DNA of 64,000 nt from positions 1,120,001 to 1,184,000 of the forward strand of contig OZ219871.1 of assembly GCA_964291495.2 (NCBI GenBank). Reading direction: 5' to 3'. The translations under genes were made by a program, and so were the position numbers. Position 1 is the stretch's first letter. Every line of letters begins with the position of its first letter. The stretch is from Dehalococcoidia bacterium. GTDB lineage: Bacteria; Chloroflexota; Dehalococcoidia; UBA2979. The notes beneath the pieces were generated by a model. That model was not told the DNA's origin and searched no databases. It saw nothing but the letters and a program-made list of their open reading frames with translations. This document shows positions 1 to 11,100 of this stretch, one piece after another.

Positions 1-274
1 GGACAGCGCCGCCGGCACCACCTTCGACCCGGACAACATCCCGCCGATCGTCGCCTGGCTGCTCAGCGACGCCGCCGAGGGGGTCAACGGCCAGGTCTTC
101 GGCGTCGTCGGCCACCAGATCACGCTGCTCGAGCGCGCCGGCTGGGCCGCCTCGCTCGTGTCCGACTCCCCGTGGCGCCTCGAGGGCCCCGACGGCCTGA
201 CGGCCCGCATCCCGCAGGCCTTCGGAGACGACCTCTCGCTGCGCCGCTTCGTGTGGGAGCTGCCGGAGGAGTAG
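1..274 (+). CDS. C-terminal fragment of an SDR family oxidoreductase (truncated by window start)
   Basis: Frame 2 reads DPDNIPPIVAWLLSDAAEGVNGQVFGV..., the typical SDR C-terminal motif; stop TAG at 272-274. Confidence 0.75.
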   Translation, partial: DSAAGTTFDPDNIPPIVAWLLSDAAEGVNGQVFGVVGHQITLLERAGWAASLVSDSPWRLEGPDGLTARIPQAFGDDLSLRRFVWELPEE

Positions 275-395
275 CGAAGGCACTCGACCGCGCTTGAACG
301 CCCGACCGCGCCCCGATTCATCCTACCCTCGATCAACGCCCCGACTACCCTCGATCATCCAGCCACGTACGCGCGCGACCCGCGAGGCCCAGACA

Positions 396-2330
<1,935 letters not shown>

Positions 2331-2345
2331 GGGACCGCCCACGCG

Positions 2346-4178
2346 CTAGCGCGCCGCCTCCACCTCCACGGTGACGACGTCGATCTCGTGGTACTTGCGG
2401 TGCTGCACCGACGAGGCGTAGTGGCGTAACAGGCGGAACGAGAGCTCGTTGTCGTCCTGGCTCTGCGGCGTGTCTCCGAGGTAGGCCAACCGGTCCTCGA
2501 GGTTCTCGTCCTGTTCCTCGGAGGTCGCGACGAACTCCAGCTCGATCGTTCCGGAGCCGCTCCGCGTGCTGATGATCAGGTTCCGATCGCCACGCGTCAG
2601 CCGATCGGGTTCGAGCGTCAGCAGGCTCGCCAGCGTCTCCTCGCCCGCCGAACGCAGCCGATCCGTCGAGGGCTCGTCCCAGCCCGCCTTCCCGGCGATG
2701 CCGCGGAGGTACTCGTCGACCTTCGGCAGGGAGAGGATGTCCAGGTTCACGTTCAGACGGCTCGCGCGCGGCTGGGTCAGGTTGATCAGCACGGTGAAGA
2801 GGATCATCGCGACACAACCGGTGGTCAGGCCGTTGCTGAACAGGATCTCCCACGGCCCGCTGATCAGGTTCGGGAAGATCAGATCGTTCTGGAATCCCAC
2901 CCCGAGCCAGAACGAGACGCCCACGACCGTGGAAGTGCGCGGGTCCAGCCCTCCCTGGATCACCAGGCGCATGCCCTGCACGAACAACAGGGCCAGCATC
3001 ACGATCACGTACGCCGCGAACACCGGAGTCGGAATCGCCGTCAGCAGCGCGATCGCCTTCGGCAGCACCGCCACCACCAGCAGGATACCCCCGGCGTAGA
3101 CGCCGACGCTGCGCGCCGCCACGCCGGTGAGGAGCACGCGCGCGGAGTTCGCGGTCGGCACCGTGTTGGGCAGCCCGGACGCGACCGCCGCGAGCAGGTT
3201 GGTCACCGCCATGACGTTGAACGCGCCCTGGACCACGCGGAAGTCCGTCGCCCGGGGGCTGCGCCACGACACCTGCTGGATGGAGATGGTGTCGCTGATG
3301 CCGTAGATCGCCGCCGCCAGGTAGACGATCGCGAACCCCGGCAACAGCGTCCAGAACTCGACCCCGAAGTTGAAGCCGAACCCCGGCCAGCCGTCGAGCG
3401 GAACGCCTATCCAGGCCGCCTCGCCCACGCTGGCCGTGTCGTACAGGCCCACCGGCACCGCCACGACGCAACCCGCGAGGATCCCGATGAACGGCGTCCA
3501 CTGCTGCACGACCGGCGGCGCGAAGAGCCGCAGACCCATCATCACGCCCAGCGTGGTCCCGGCCACGGCAAGCGCTGCGGTGTCGGAGTCACCACCGGAT
3601 GCGTCCGACATCCTGTTCAGCAGGACCGACATGACCGTGGCCGCGAGCAGCATCAGCACCGTGCCCGTGACCGTCGGCGTGATGATCCTCCGCAGTAGCG
3701 AGAGACGCTGGATGAACACGAACAGCAGGATGGACGACACCACCATCGTGCTGGCCAGCAGCGCCGGCCCACCCTCCGACAGCGCGGAGATGACCACGGC
3801 GATGAACGCCGAGGTGCTTACAACCCCGATCGCGTAGCCCGAGCCGAAGCGCCCGAACTGGAAGACCTGTGCGATCGTGCCAAGCCCGCAGACCACCGCC
3901 GAGGCCGAGAACATCCACGGGGTGTATTCGCTCGGCTGACCGCTCGCCTCGACTACGATCGCCGTGATCGCGGCCAGCGTGACCAGGCGGCCGGCGATCG
4001 AGAGCAGGCCGTGGCCGAGGGCCGACAGCGGAGGGATCGGCTCGTCCGGCTCGTAGAGGATGTAGTCGTTGGTCTGTGCAGCCACCAGGCCCGATCCCGC
4101 CTGTAACGGTGAGCCCGCGAGACCGCCCACCGGAACCTCTAGTGCCAGCGAATCATACGTAACCATACGCATTTTCAT
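2346..4178 (-). CDS. NCS2/NAT (xanthine-uracil) family permease with C-terminal degenerate HATPase/RsbW-like domain
   Basis: Many TM segments, LRRIITPTVTGTV motif, NAT-signature-like ANSARVLLTG, and a ~140-aa soluble C-terminal extension; start uncertain. Confidence 0.8.
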   Translation of the reverse strand: MKMRMVTYDSLALEVPVGGLAGSPLQAGSGLVAAQTNDYILYEPDEPIPPLSALGHGLLSIAGRLVTLAAITAIVVEASGQPSEYTPWMFSASAVVCGLGTIAQVFQFGRFGSGYAIGVVSTSAFIAVVISALSEGGPALLASTMVVSSILLFVFIQRLSLLRRIITPTVTGTVLMLLAATVMSVLLNRMSDASGGDSDTAALAVAGTTLGVMMGLRLFAPPVVQQWTPFIGILAGCVVAVPVGLYDTASVGEAAWIGVPLDGWPGFGFNFGVEFWTLLPGFAIVYLAAAIYGISDTISIQQVSWRSPRATDFRVVQGAFNVMAVTNLLAAVASGLPNTVPTANSARVLLTGVAARSVGVYAGGILLVVAVLPKAIALLTAIPTPVFAAYVIVMLALLFVQGMRLVIQGGLDPRTSTVVGVSFWLGVGFQNDLIFPNLISGPWEILFSNGLTTGCVAMILFTVLINLTQPRASRLNVNLDILSLPKVDEYLRGIAGKAGWDEPSTDRLRSAGEETLASLLTLEPDRLTRGDRNLIISTRSGSGTIELEFVATSEEQDENLEDRLAYLGDTPQSQDDNELSFRLLRHYASSVQHRKYHEIDVVTVEVEAAR

Positions 4179-4212
4179 ACGGATCTCACGCAGGGACTCA
4201 TACGGATCTCAC
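4175..4212. repeat. Perfect 15-bp direct repeat TCATACGGATCTCAC x2
   Basis: Copies at 4175-4189 and 4198-4212; additional CATACG at 4154 and 4164. Confidence 0.85.
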
Positions 4213-4261
4213 ACAACACCCTGGCTCTCACCGCCCCTCGCGAACCGCGTATCATCGGCCC

Positions 4262-4561
4262 ATGCCCGGCACGCTGGCTGCCAACTACTGTCCCGAGGGC
4301 TGCTACTGGCCCTGCGAGCACCGCGCGCCGGGCGCCGCCGGAAGCACCCGCGGCGGCTGGACGCTCGGACCGAATCCCGGCGACGACCCCGAGGAGCTGG
4401 CCCTCGAGGAGTGGCAGCTCCACTCGATCGCCGGGATCCCGTACTCCCGGTCGATCCCGACCCTCAAGTTCTGCTCCGAGTGCGGCGAGTCCTTCGCCGA
4501 CTCCACCGAGCACTCGAGGGAGCACGCGCGCCTGCGCCAGCTCCGCGACGACCTCCGCTAG
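4262..4561 (+). CDS. Small Cys/His-rich hypothetical protein (putative Zn-binding)
   Basis: Host-like GC3 codon usage; CPEGCYWPCEH and CSECGESFADSTEHSREH motifs; TATCAT -10-like box just upstream of ATG. Confidence 0.7.
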   Translation: MPGTLAANYCPEGCYWPCEHRAPGAAGSTRGGWTLGPNPGDDPEELALEEWQLHSIAGIPYSRSIPTLKFCSECGESFADSTEHSREHARLRQLRDDLR

Positions 4562-4585
4562 CCTCCCGCAACTCTCGAGGCCGAA

Positions 4586-5040
4586 TCCGGTCCCCGCTCC
4601 CCTAGCGGGGGAGGGCGGAAGGGGAGGGGGGACGGAATGGGCCAGTCCGGTCCCCTCCCCCCTGGCGGGGGAGGGCGGAGGGTGAGGGGGAGCGCGCCCC
4701 GGCGCGCCCTCGAGGGCGCACCCAACCATCGAAGGTGGTAGCCCCGCCGCCGAGCCTGGATTCCGGCGTTCGCCGGAATGACGGAAACGGGATCCGGTCC
4801 CCTCTCCCCGAGGGAGAGGGCGGAGGGTGAGGGGGGACGGAAAGGGCCAGTCCGGTCCCCTCCCCCCTGGCGGGGGAGGGCGGAGGGTGAGGGGGAGCGC
4901 GCCCGGCGCGCCTTCGAGGGCGCACCCAACCATCGAAGGTGGTAGCCCCGCCGCCGAGCCTGGATTCCGGCGTTCGCCGGAATGACGGGAAGGGGATCCG
5001 GTCCCCTCTCCCCGAGGGAGAGGGCGGAGGGTGAGGGAGG
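4586..5040. repeat. Composite REP-like array with a ~205-bp tandem duplication
   Basis: Two near-identical units (~4631-4835 and ~4836-5040), each with CCCTCYCCC...GGGRGAGGG hairpins and CTGGATTCCGGCGTTCGCCGGAATGAC (4756-4782, 4960-4986). Confidence 0.9.
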
Positions 5041-5132
5041 CGCCCAATGCCGCGAGGAGCAACGGACCCGGCGAGGCGCACGCGAGCGCGCGCTGCGGGC
5101 TACGATGCCCGCACGAGCGAACGGAGGCAGCG

Positions 5133-5429
5133 ATGCCGAGACCACAGAAGCTGAGCGACGCCGAGATCGAGGAGCGCCTCGCGAGCCTTGAGGGCTGGAG
5201 CCGCGACGGCGACGAGATCGTGACGGAGTTCCAGCTGGAGGACTTCGTCGCGGCGGTCGGGCTGATCGCCCAGATCGGCGTGCTCGCCGAGCGGATGAAT
5301 CACCACCCGACGCTGACCAACACCTACAACCGCGTCGGCGTGGCCCTCAACACGCACGACGCCGGCGGCATCACCGAGTACGACTTCTCGCTCGCCGGCG
5401 AGATCAACGAGCGCGCGGGCAGGGGCTAG
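5133..5429 (+). CDS. phhB: Pterin-4-alpha-carbinolamine dehydratase
   Basis: AERMNHHP and LNTHDAGGITEYD motifs; GGAGG RBS before ATG 5133. Confidence 0.9.
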   Translation: MPRPQKLSDAEIEERLASLEGWSRDGDEIVTEFQLEDFVAAVGLIAQIGVLAERMNHHPTLTNTYNRVGVALNTHDAGGITEYDFSLAGEINERAGRG

Positions 5430-5434
5430 GTTCC

Positions 5435-6286
5435 ATGAGCCTCGACGGCCTGCGCATCGGCATCTCGCTCCCCGTCCGCGAGCTGGAGAACGACCTCGCG
5501 GCGATCCGCGACTTCGCCCGGACCGCCGAGGAGCTGGGCTTCACCCACCTGCGTATCCCCGACATGGTGATCCGGCCCGGCGGCGGGCACCTCCACGAGC
5601 CGCTGACGCTGCTCAGCTGGGTGGCGGCGCTGACCTCGGCGATCGAGCTGGTGCCCTCGGTGATCATCCTGCCGGTGCGGCAGACCGTGCTCGTCGCCAA
5701 GCAGACGGCGGAGCTCGACCTGCTCAGCGGCGGGCGGCTGCGGCTCGGCGTCGGCGTCGGGCGCAGCCCCGAGGAATACGCGGCGCTGGGGCAGGACTTC
5801 CGCACCCGCGGCCGCCGCTGCGACGAGCAGATCGAGCTGCTGCGCCTGCTCTGGACGCAGGACGAGGTGACCTTCGAGGGCCAGTGGGACCGCATCGAGG
5901 GCGCCGGCATCGACCCGCTCCCCGTGCAGCAGCCGATCCCGATCTGGATCGGCCCGGGCGGTGGCGGGCAGGCGCCCGCGGTGCTCCGCCGCGTCGGACG
6001 CCTCGCCGACGGCTGGTTCGCGATCATCCCGAGGGAGGCGCTGCCCGCCGCCAGCGCGCAGATCGCCGAGGAAGCCGAGGCGGCGGGGCGCGACCCCGCC
6101 GCGATTGGCGTCGAGAGCGCCGTCGCCATCACCGGCAAGCAGCCGGGCGAGTGGCTCGCCGAGGCGCAAGCCTGGGCCGAAGCCGGCGCGACGCACCTCT
6201 GCCTGCGCACGCTCGGCGGCGGCCTCGACGCGGCGGGCCACCTCGCCGCCCTGCGCGGGGCCCGCGAGGCCCTCGACGCCGCGTAG
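5435..6286 (+). CDS. LLM class (probably F420-dependent) oxidoreductase
   Basis: EPLTLLSWVAA, LVAKQTAELDLLSGGRLRLGVGVG, P.PVQQPIPIWIG motifs. Confidence 0.9.
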   Translation: MSLDGLRIGISLPVRELENDLAAIRDFARTAEELGFTHLRIPDMVIRPGGGHLHEPLTLLSWVAALTSAIELVPSVIILPVRQTVLVAKQTAELDLLSGGRLRLGVGVGRSPEEYAALGQDFRTRGRRCDEQIELLRLLWTQDEVTFEGQWDRIEGAGIDPLPVQQPIPIWIGPGGGGQAPAVLRRVGRLADGWFAIIPREALPAASAQIAEEAEAAGRDPAAIGVESAVAITGKQPGEWLAEAQAWAEAGATHLCLRTLGGGLDAAGHLAALRGAREALDAA

Positions 6287-6332
6287 GCCGATCCGGCTCC
6301 CTCCCCCCACAACGCACTGGCTTTCCCGCCGG

Positions 6333-6548
6333 GAGACCTTTGCGAAACTCCCACAAGCCCGATCCGGCTCCCTCTCCCTGGGGAGAGGGCGGGGGTGAGG
6401 GGAGGACTCCCGCGCGCCTCCGAAAGCCCCGATGGCGCAACGCATTTCCGGAGGGTGGACCCTCCCTCACCCTGACCCTCTCCCTCGGGGAGAGGGGACC
6501 GGAGGGGATGCGCTCGCTGCCCCGGGGAGAGGGTTTCGCAGCGGTCTC
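6333..6548. mobile_element. Candidate MITE with IS5/IS1106-like terminal inverted repeats, carrying two REP hairpins
   Basis: Left end GAGACCTTTGCGAAAC (6333), right end GTTTCGCAGCGGTCTC (to 6548; reverse complement GAGACCGCTGCGAAAC); no transposase; no clear target duplication. Confidence 0.55.
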
Positions 6549-6861
6549 AGGCGAGCTTGACGGCCGTCCCGTAGACCAGCACCTCGGCCGCGCCCTGGGC
6601 GACCGCGGCCGTCGCCATCCGCACGGCGACGATGGCGTCCGCGCCCTGCTGCTCCGCGTCCTCCCGCAGCGCCGCGAAGGCCTGCTCGCGAGACTCCACC
6701 AGCAGCTGCTGGTAGGCCCCGATCTCGCCGCCGACGAGGTTCTTGAGGCCCGCGAGGACATCGCGGCCGACGTGCCGCGCGCGCACGGCATTCGCCGTGA
6801 CGAGACCAATCGTCTGGCTGATCTCGCGGCCGGGGATGGTGTCGGAGGTCGTCATGATCAT
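6547..6861 (-). CDS. YbjQ/UPF0145 family protein
   Basis: MIMTTSDTIPG, AGLKNLVGGEI, GADAIVAVR, EVLVYGTAV. Confidence 0.9.
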   Translation of the reverse strand: MIMTTSDTIPGREISQTIGLVTANAVRARHVGRDVLAGLKNLVGGEIGAYQQLLVESREQAFAALREDAEQQGADAIVAVRMATAAVAQGAAEVLVYGTAVKLA

Positions 6862-6973
6862 CTGCGCGCTCCTTCGCTGTGCGCCCCCATCCTCGCTCAT
6901 CCGCACGCCGGGCGCAGGGCGGCGGCCCGAGACGGGCTACGCCAGGATCGAGGCGCTGCGCTAGGCTTGCTGC

Positions 6974-7666
6974 ATGGCACACCACGCAGCGGCGATCCTC
7001 GTGGCGGCGGGCGTCTCGCGGCGCATGGGCGGCGTCGACAAGGTCTGGGCCGAGGTCTGCGGCCGCGCGCTGCTCGCGCTGCCGCTGCAGCGCCTCGCAG
7101 CCGTCGAGGAGATCGAGGAGATCGTGGTCGTCGCGCCGGGCGCGCGCCACATCGACATCGGCGAGCTCGCGTTCGGGCTTGGCGTGAGCCCCAGGCTGCC
7201 GCTGCGCTGCGTCGAGGGCGGCGAGCGCCGCCGCGACTCGGTCGCGGCGGGGCTGGCGGCGCTGCCCGACGCGCGCTGGGTGCTGGTCCACGACTCGGCC
7301 CGGCCGCTGGCCAGCAGCGCGCTCGCCGCGAGGGCGCTCGCCGCGGCGCGCGAGGCCGGGGCCGCGGTCCCCGGGCTGCCCGTCGCCGACACGATCAAGC
7401 GCGTCGATGGCGAGGGGCTGGTGCGGGAGACGCCCGACCGCGCCTCGCTGCGCGCGATCCAGACGCCGCAGGCCTTCGACGCCGACCTGCTGCGCCGCGC
7501 CCACGCGACCATCGAGGGCGACGCCACCGACGACGCCGCGCTCGTCGAGCAGCTCGGCGCGCCCGTGCGCGTCATCGAGGGCGAACAACAGGCCTTCAAG
7601 GTGACGACCGCCGAGGACCTCGACCGCCTGCGCGCGCTGATCGGCGACGGCGGGGCGGCTCCCTGA
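6974..7666 (+). CDS. ispD: 2-C-methyl-D-erythritol 4-phosphate cytidylyltransferase
   Basis: AAGVSRRMG, GGERRRDSV, LVHDSARP, QTPQAF, TDD motifs. Confidence 0.95.
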   Translation: MAHHAAAILVAAGVSRRMGGVDKVWAEVCGRALLALPLQRLAAVEEIEEIVVVAPGARHIDIGELAFGLGVSPRLPLRCVEGGERRRDSVAAGLAALPDARWVLVHDSARPLASSALAARALAAAREAGAAVPGLPVADTIKRVDGEGLVRETPDRASLRAIQTPQAFDADLLRRAHATIEGDATDDAALVEQLGAPVRVIEGEQQAFKVTTAEDLDRLRALIGDGGAAP

Positions 7667-8145
7667 TGCGCATCGGCGCGGGCTACGACGTGCATCGCTT
7701 CGGCGAGGACGGGCAGCTGCGCCTCGGCGGCGTCGAGATCGCCGAGGCGCCCGCGCTGATCGGGCACAGCGACGGCGACGCGCTGATCCACGCGGTGATC
7801 GACGCGCTGCTCGGCGCGGCGGGCGAGGGCGACATCGGCGAGCACTTCCCGCCCGGCGACCCGGCGACGGCGGGCATCGACAGCCGCGAGCTGCTGACGC
7901 GCGTGATGCGGCTGGTCGCCGCGCGCGGCTACCGCGTCGTCAACGTCGACGCGACGGTCATCGCCGAGCGCCCCCGCCTGCGCCCGCACATCCCCGCCAT
8001 GCGCGAGGCCCTCGCCCGCGACCTCGGCGTCGAGGCCGGCGCCGTCAACGTCAAGGCCACGACCAACGAGGGCCTCGGCACGATCGGCGCCGGCGAAGCC
8101 CTGGCGGCCCACGCCGTCGCCCTGCTGGATGAGGGGGAGGGGTAG
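7666..8145 (+). CDS. ispF: 2-C-methyl-D-erythritol 2,4-cyclodiphosphate synthase
   Basis: MRIGAGYDVHRF, GHSDGDALIHA, GDIGEHFP, NVKATTNE; TGATG overlap with ispD. Confidence 0.95.
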   Translation: MRIGAGYDVHRFGEDGQLRLGGVEIAEAPALIGHSDGDALIHAVIDALLGAAGEGDIGEHFPPGDPATAGIDSRELLTRVMRLVAARGYRVVNVDATVIAERPRLRPHIPAMREALARDLGVEAGAVNVKATTNEGLGTIGAGEALAAHAVALLDEGEG

Positions 8146-8148
8146 GAG

Positions 8149-11100
8149 TTAGCCAGCCTCGGCGAGCAGTGCCCCGACGGCACGCTCGACCTCGCGACCC
8201 GCAGGCGAGTCAGCGAGCCACTGGCGCACGATGCGGCGGGCGTTGGCGCTGCTTACACCCTCCTGGCCTTCGAGTTGCCGCGCAGCGCCCTCGGCAGCCG
8301 CCTCGCCTGCCGCAGCCACCTCCACGTGGAGATCGTCACCAGAATCGAAGCGCGGGATAGGCAGGTTCCAGAGGTGCTTCTGTAAGTCGCGCGAACCCCA
8401 GAGGCCCTTGGGCCTAAGGGGCTCAACGGCTTCGCGGAGAACATCGCTGTTGATGACGGCGAGGAGGTACATAGCCTCTGGTTCGCTGCCGCATGGTATC
8501 CAAAAGAGATTCTTGTCGACGACGGCGTCGCGGTCGCGCAGCACCGCAGCCGTCGGTCGGCCCGAGCTTCCGTAAACAACGCGCAGCGCTGCGGCGCTTG
8601 TGGCGGCTTGCCACTCGATCTGCTTCGAGAGCTTGCGACGATAGTCCAGTTGACCCAAGAGCGTGAGGCGGTTCGCTGGCTTCTTGTTGGTGTCCCACAG
8701 ACCGCTGACCGTCCGCCAGCGCGCTCGCATCCGCCGTCCCAAGGGGCCCGGGTCGATACCACCAATGGCACTCGGGGTTCCGCTCGCAGGCAGCCGACGG
8801 ACATGGACGTCATCGGAGATCGGCAGCGCGGCCTTTAGCGGGGCGAGAGTGACGTAGGGCGCAACGCTCTCTCCCAGGTAGGCATCGAAGACGTGTGCGT
8901 TCTCGATCGTCTGGCCAACAATCGCGGTCAAGTCGAGATCGCGCCACGGCACCCTGTCCTGCTTCCCACGCCGTGGATTGACCATGGTGGTTCCAGCCGC
9001 GCGGATTAGGGCTGGATTCTCAATCTCCTCGACAATGAACAGGCAGCGTGGGATGAGTGAGGCACCCTGCTCGGCAAGGGGCCGGTACGGGGAACTCTTG
9101 CCTTCGACGGCGGTTGCCAGAGCGACGACGGTCCGCGTTACATCCGGATCGCCGGGCCGTCCTTCCCAGCGCTCCGCATTGCCAGCGAGCGCCACGGCGA
9201 CATCCCTAGCGTCCCGGCGGGCGAACACCACCGAACTGGGAATGGGGAAGAAGTCGTTGGGCTCGAGCCGCTCCAGATCCCAAGGCCGCTTGAAGCCGAA
9301 GTCTACGCTGTGCACCCGCCAGCGCCCGCTGCGCCACTTCGCGTGCTGCCCCGCGCCCAAGGCGCTGTGCGGCATCACCATCCCAATCACTCCGTCTTCG
9401 TCCAAGTACAGGTCGACGCAGCGCGCGAAGAACAGGCCCGCCACGTCCTGATGGGTGGCGTACTTGCCACCGACCCAGATGTCGTAGAGACGCTTGCTCT
9501 GCCGCTCCAGTTCCGTGCGGAGCACGTCGACGGTCTGGTTGTAGTTCAGCCACGGGGGGTTGCCGATGATTACGTCGGCCTTGCTTCGCGCCAGCGCCAC
9601 CGGCCGCACAAGGTTGCGGGTGTAGTACGCCCAGATGTGGTTGCGGCCCTCGGCATGCAACTCGCTCATCGTGCGGATTGCGGGTGTCAGGCTGTCACGC
9701 TGCGCCTCTGTCAGAGGATGGTCGGTTAGCTCCAGCAGCGGGTCTTCACCGCGCGCGATCGCGTCGGCGACACCGCTCATCACCGCATCGAAGAGGTCGG
9801 CCTGCTCGACGAGACTAGTCGGAAAGATCAACACGTTCTGCTGCTCGTCGCCTATCTCGATTCGTACCTCGGCCTCACTGAGGAGGTCTCCCGTATCGAA
9901 TCGCAGCTGCAGCGAATCGCCCAGATAGATGGGTGCCGAAACTGGACCCTCGAAGCCGTCCGCCGTCGCGCGCTCAATCAGGGGCTGGGCGGCGAGCGTC
10001 CAGGCGGAACGCGCAAGATGCACTGCCACCGGATGCACGTCGATCCCGACCACGACATCGCGCAACCGGACAAGTGCCTCGGCGGCTGTGAGGTTCGAGT
10101 GTTCGGCAGCTTCGACGTAGCGCCGCACCGCCTCGGCGATGAAGGTACCGGACCCGCACGCTGGGTCGAGCACACGCTGCTCCAGCGGGTCGTCAACCAA
10201 TTCATCGATGATCGCACTCGCCAGCCAGTCCGGGGTGTAGTACTCGCCGAGCTGCCGACGCTCGTCTGCCGGGATGACCGTCTCATAGAGGATGGCGGCG
10301 ATGTCGGCGGGTGCCTCATCCCAGTCGAAGCGGGCGAGGCGACGGGCGATCGCCGCAAGCAAGGGCTCGCCTCCCACCTCCCCCGGCCAACTGAAGAAGT
10401 CAGTCTCCACAATGCCCTGCAGCCCCGTCTGATCGCTGAACTGGCGGCCCTCCAGGAGGTCCGCCGGATTCGTTTGGGCCAGGTCCACGATGGGGATGCG
10501 GAACCGGGCCTGCACCGCCATGCCGGTCACGGCGGTCAAGTATGTGTGGCGGACGAACAGGTCGTCGGGATCGTCGACCAGGTTCGCGAATTCGCCCACG
10601 GCGGCCCGGAGCAAGTTGAACCAGAGCCGCCGCTTGACCGCAATCGTCTCGTCCTCGCGGTGCTCGCCGTATAGCTGCCGCAGCGCATCAAGATCGCGCT
10701 GGTAGAGGACGCTGTGGGCGCCGAAGCGATCTGCCACCGTCTCGCGGCTGGGCCGTATCTGCTCGGCTGCACCGAGGGCGTGATCGCGGAGCCACTCGTA
10801 CAGCGCGATCCACCGCTCGGCGCTCTCGAGCACGAATGCGTGCGGCGGGCTCGTGCGAACGGGGCCCGCGCCGGGCCAGCGCAGGAACCAGTGCTTGCCG
10901 TCCGTGAGCACGCCCATGCGCACGCCGTGACCAGCCTGCTGCGACGCCTCGAGGTAGTCGTCGATCTGCTCGATCCACTCGGTCTCGGGCTGGGGATACC
11001 CGGTGCGCCGCTTGAACTCCACGTAGGTGTCGAGGGCCGTCAAGTCGACGGCCTTGCGGCTCTCGTCGCCGGGATGGTCCTCCTCGCGGATCTCGTTGGC

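Noticed and set aside
4586-5040. Possible CRISPR array
   Set aside because: The stretches between repeats are themselves duplicated rather than unique, the units are long palindromes found scattered elsewhere, and there are no cas genes
4175-5145. ORFs of 159-295 aa across the repeat array (also 56056-56485)
   Set aside because: They are translations of REP repeats (PLTLRPLPRGEG, RHSGERRNP) with no coding signature
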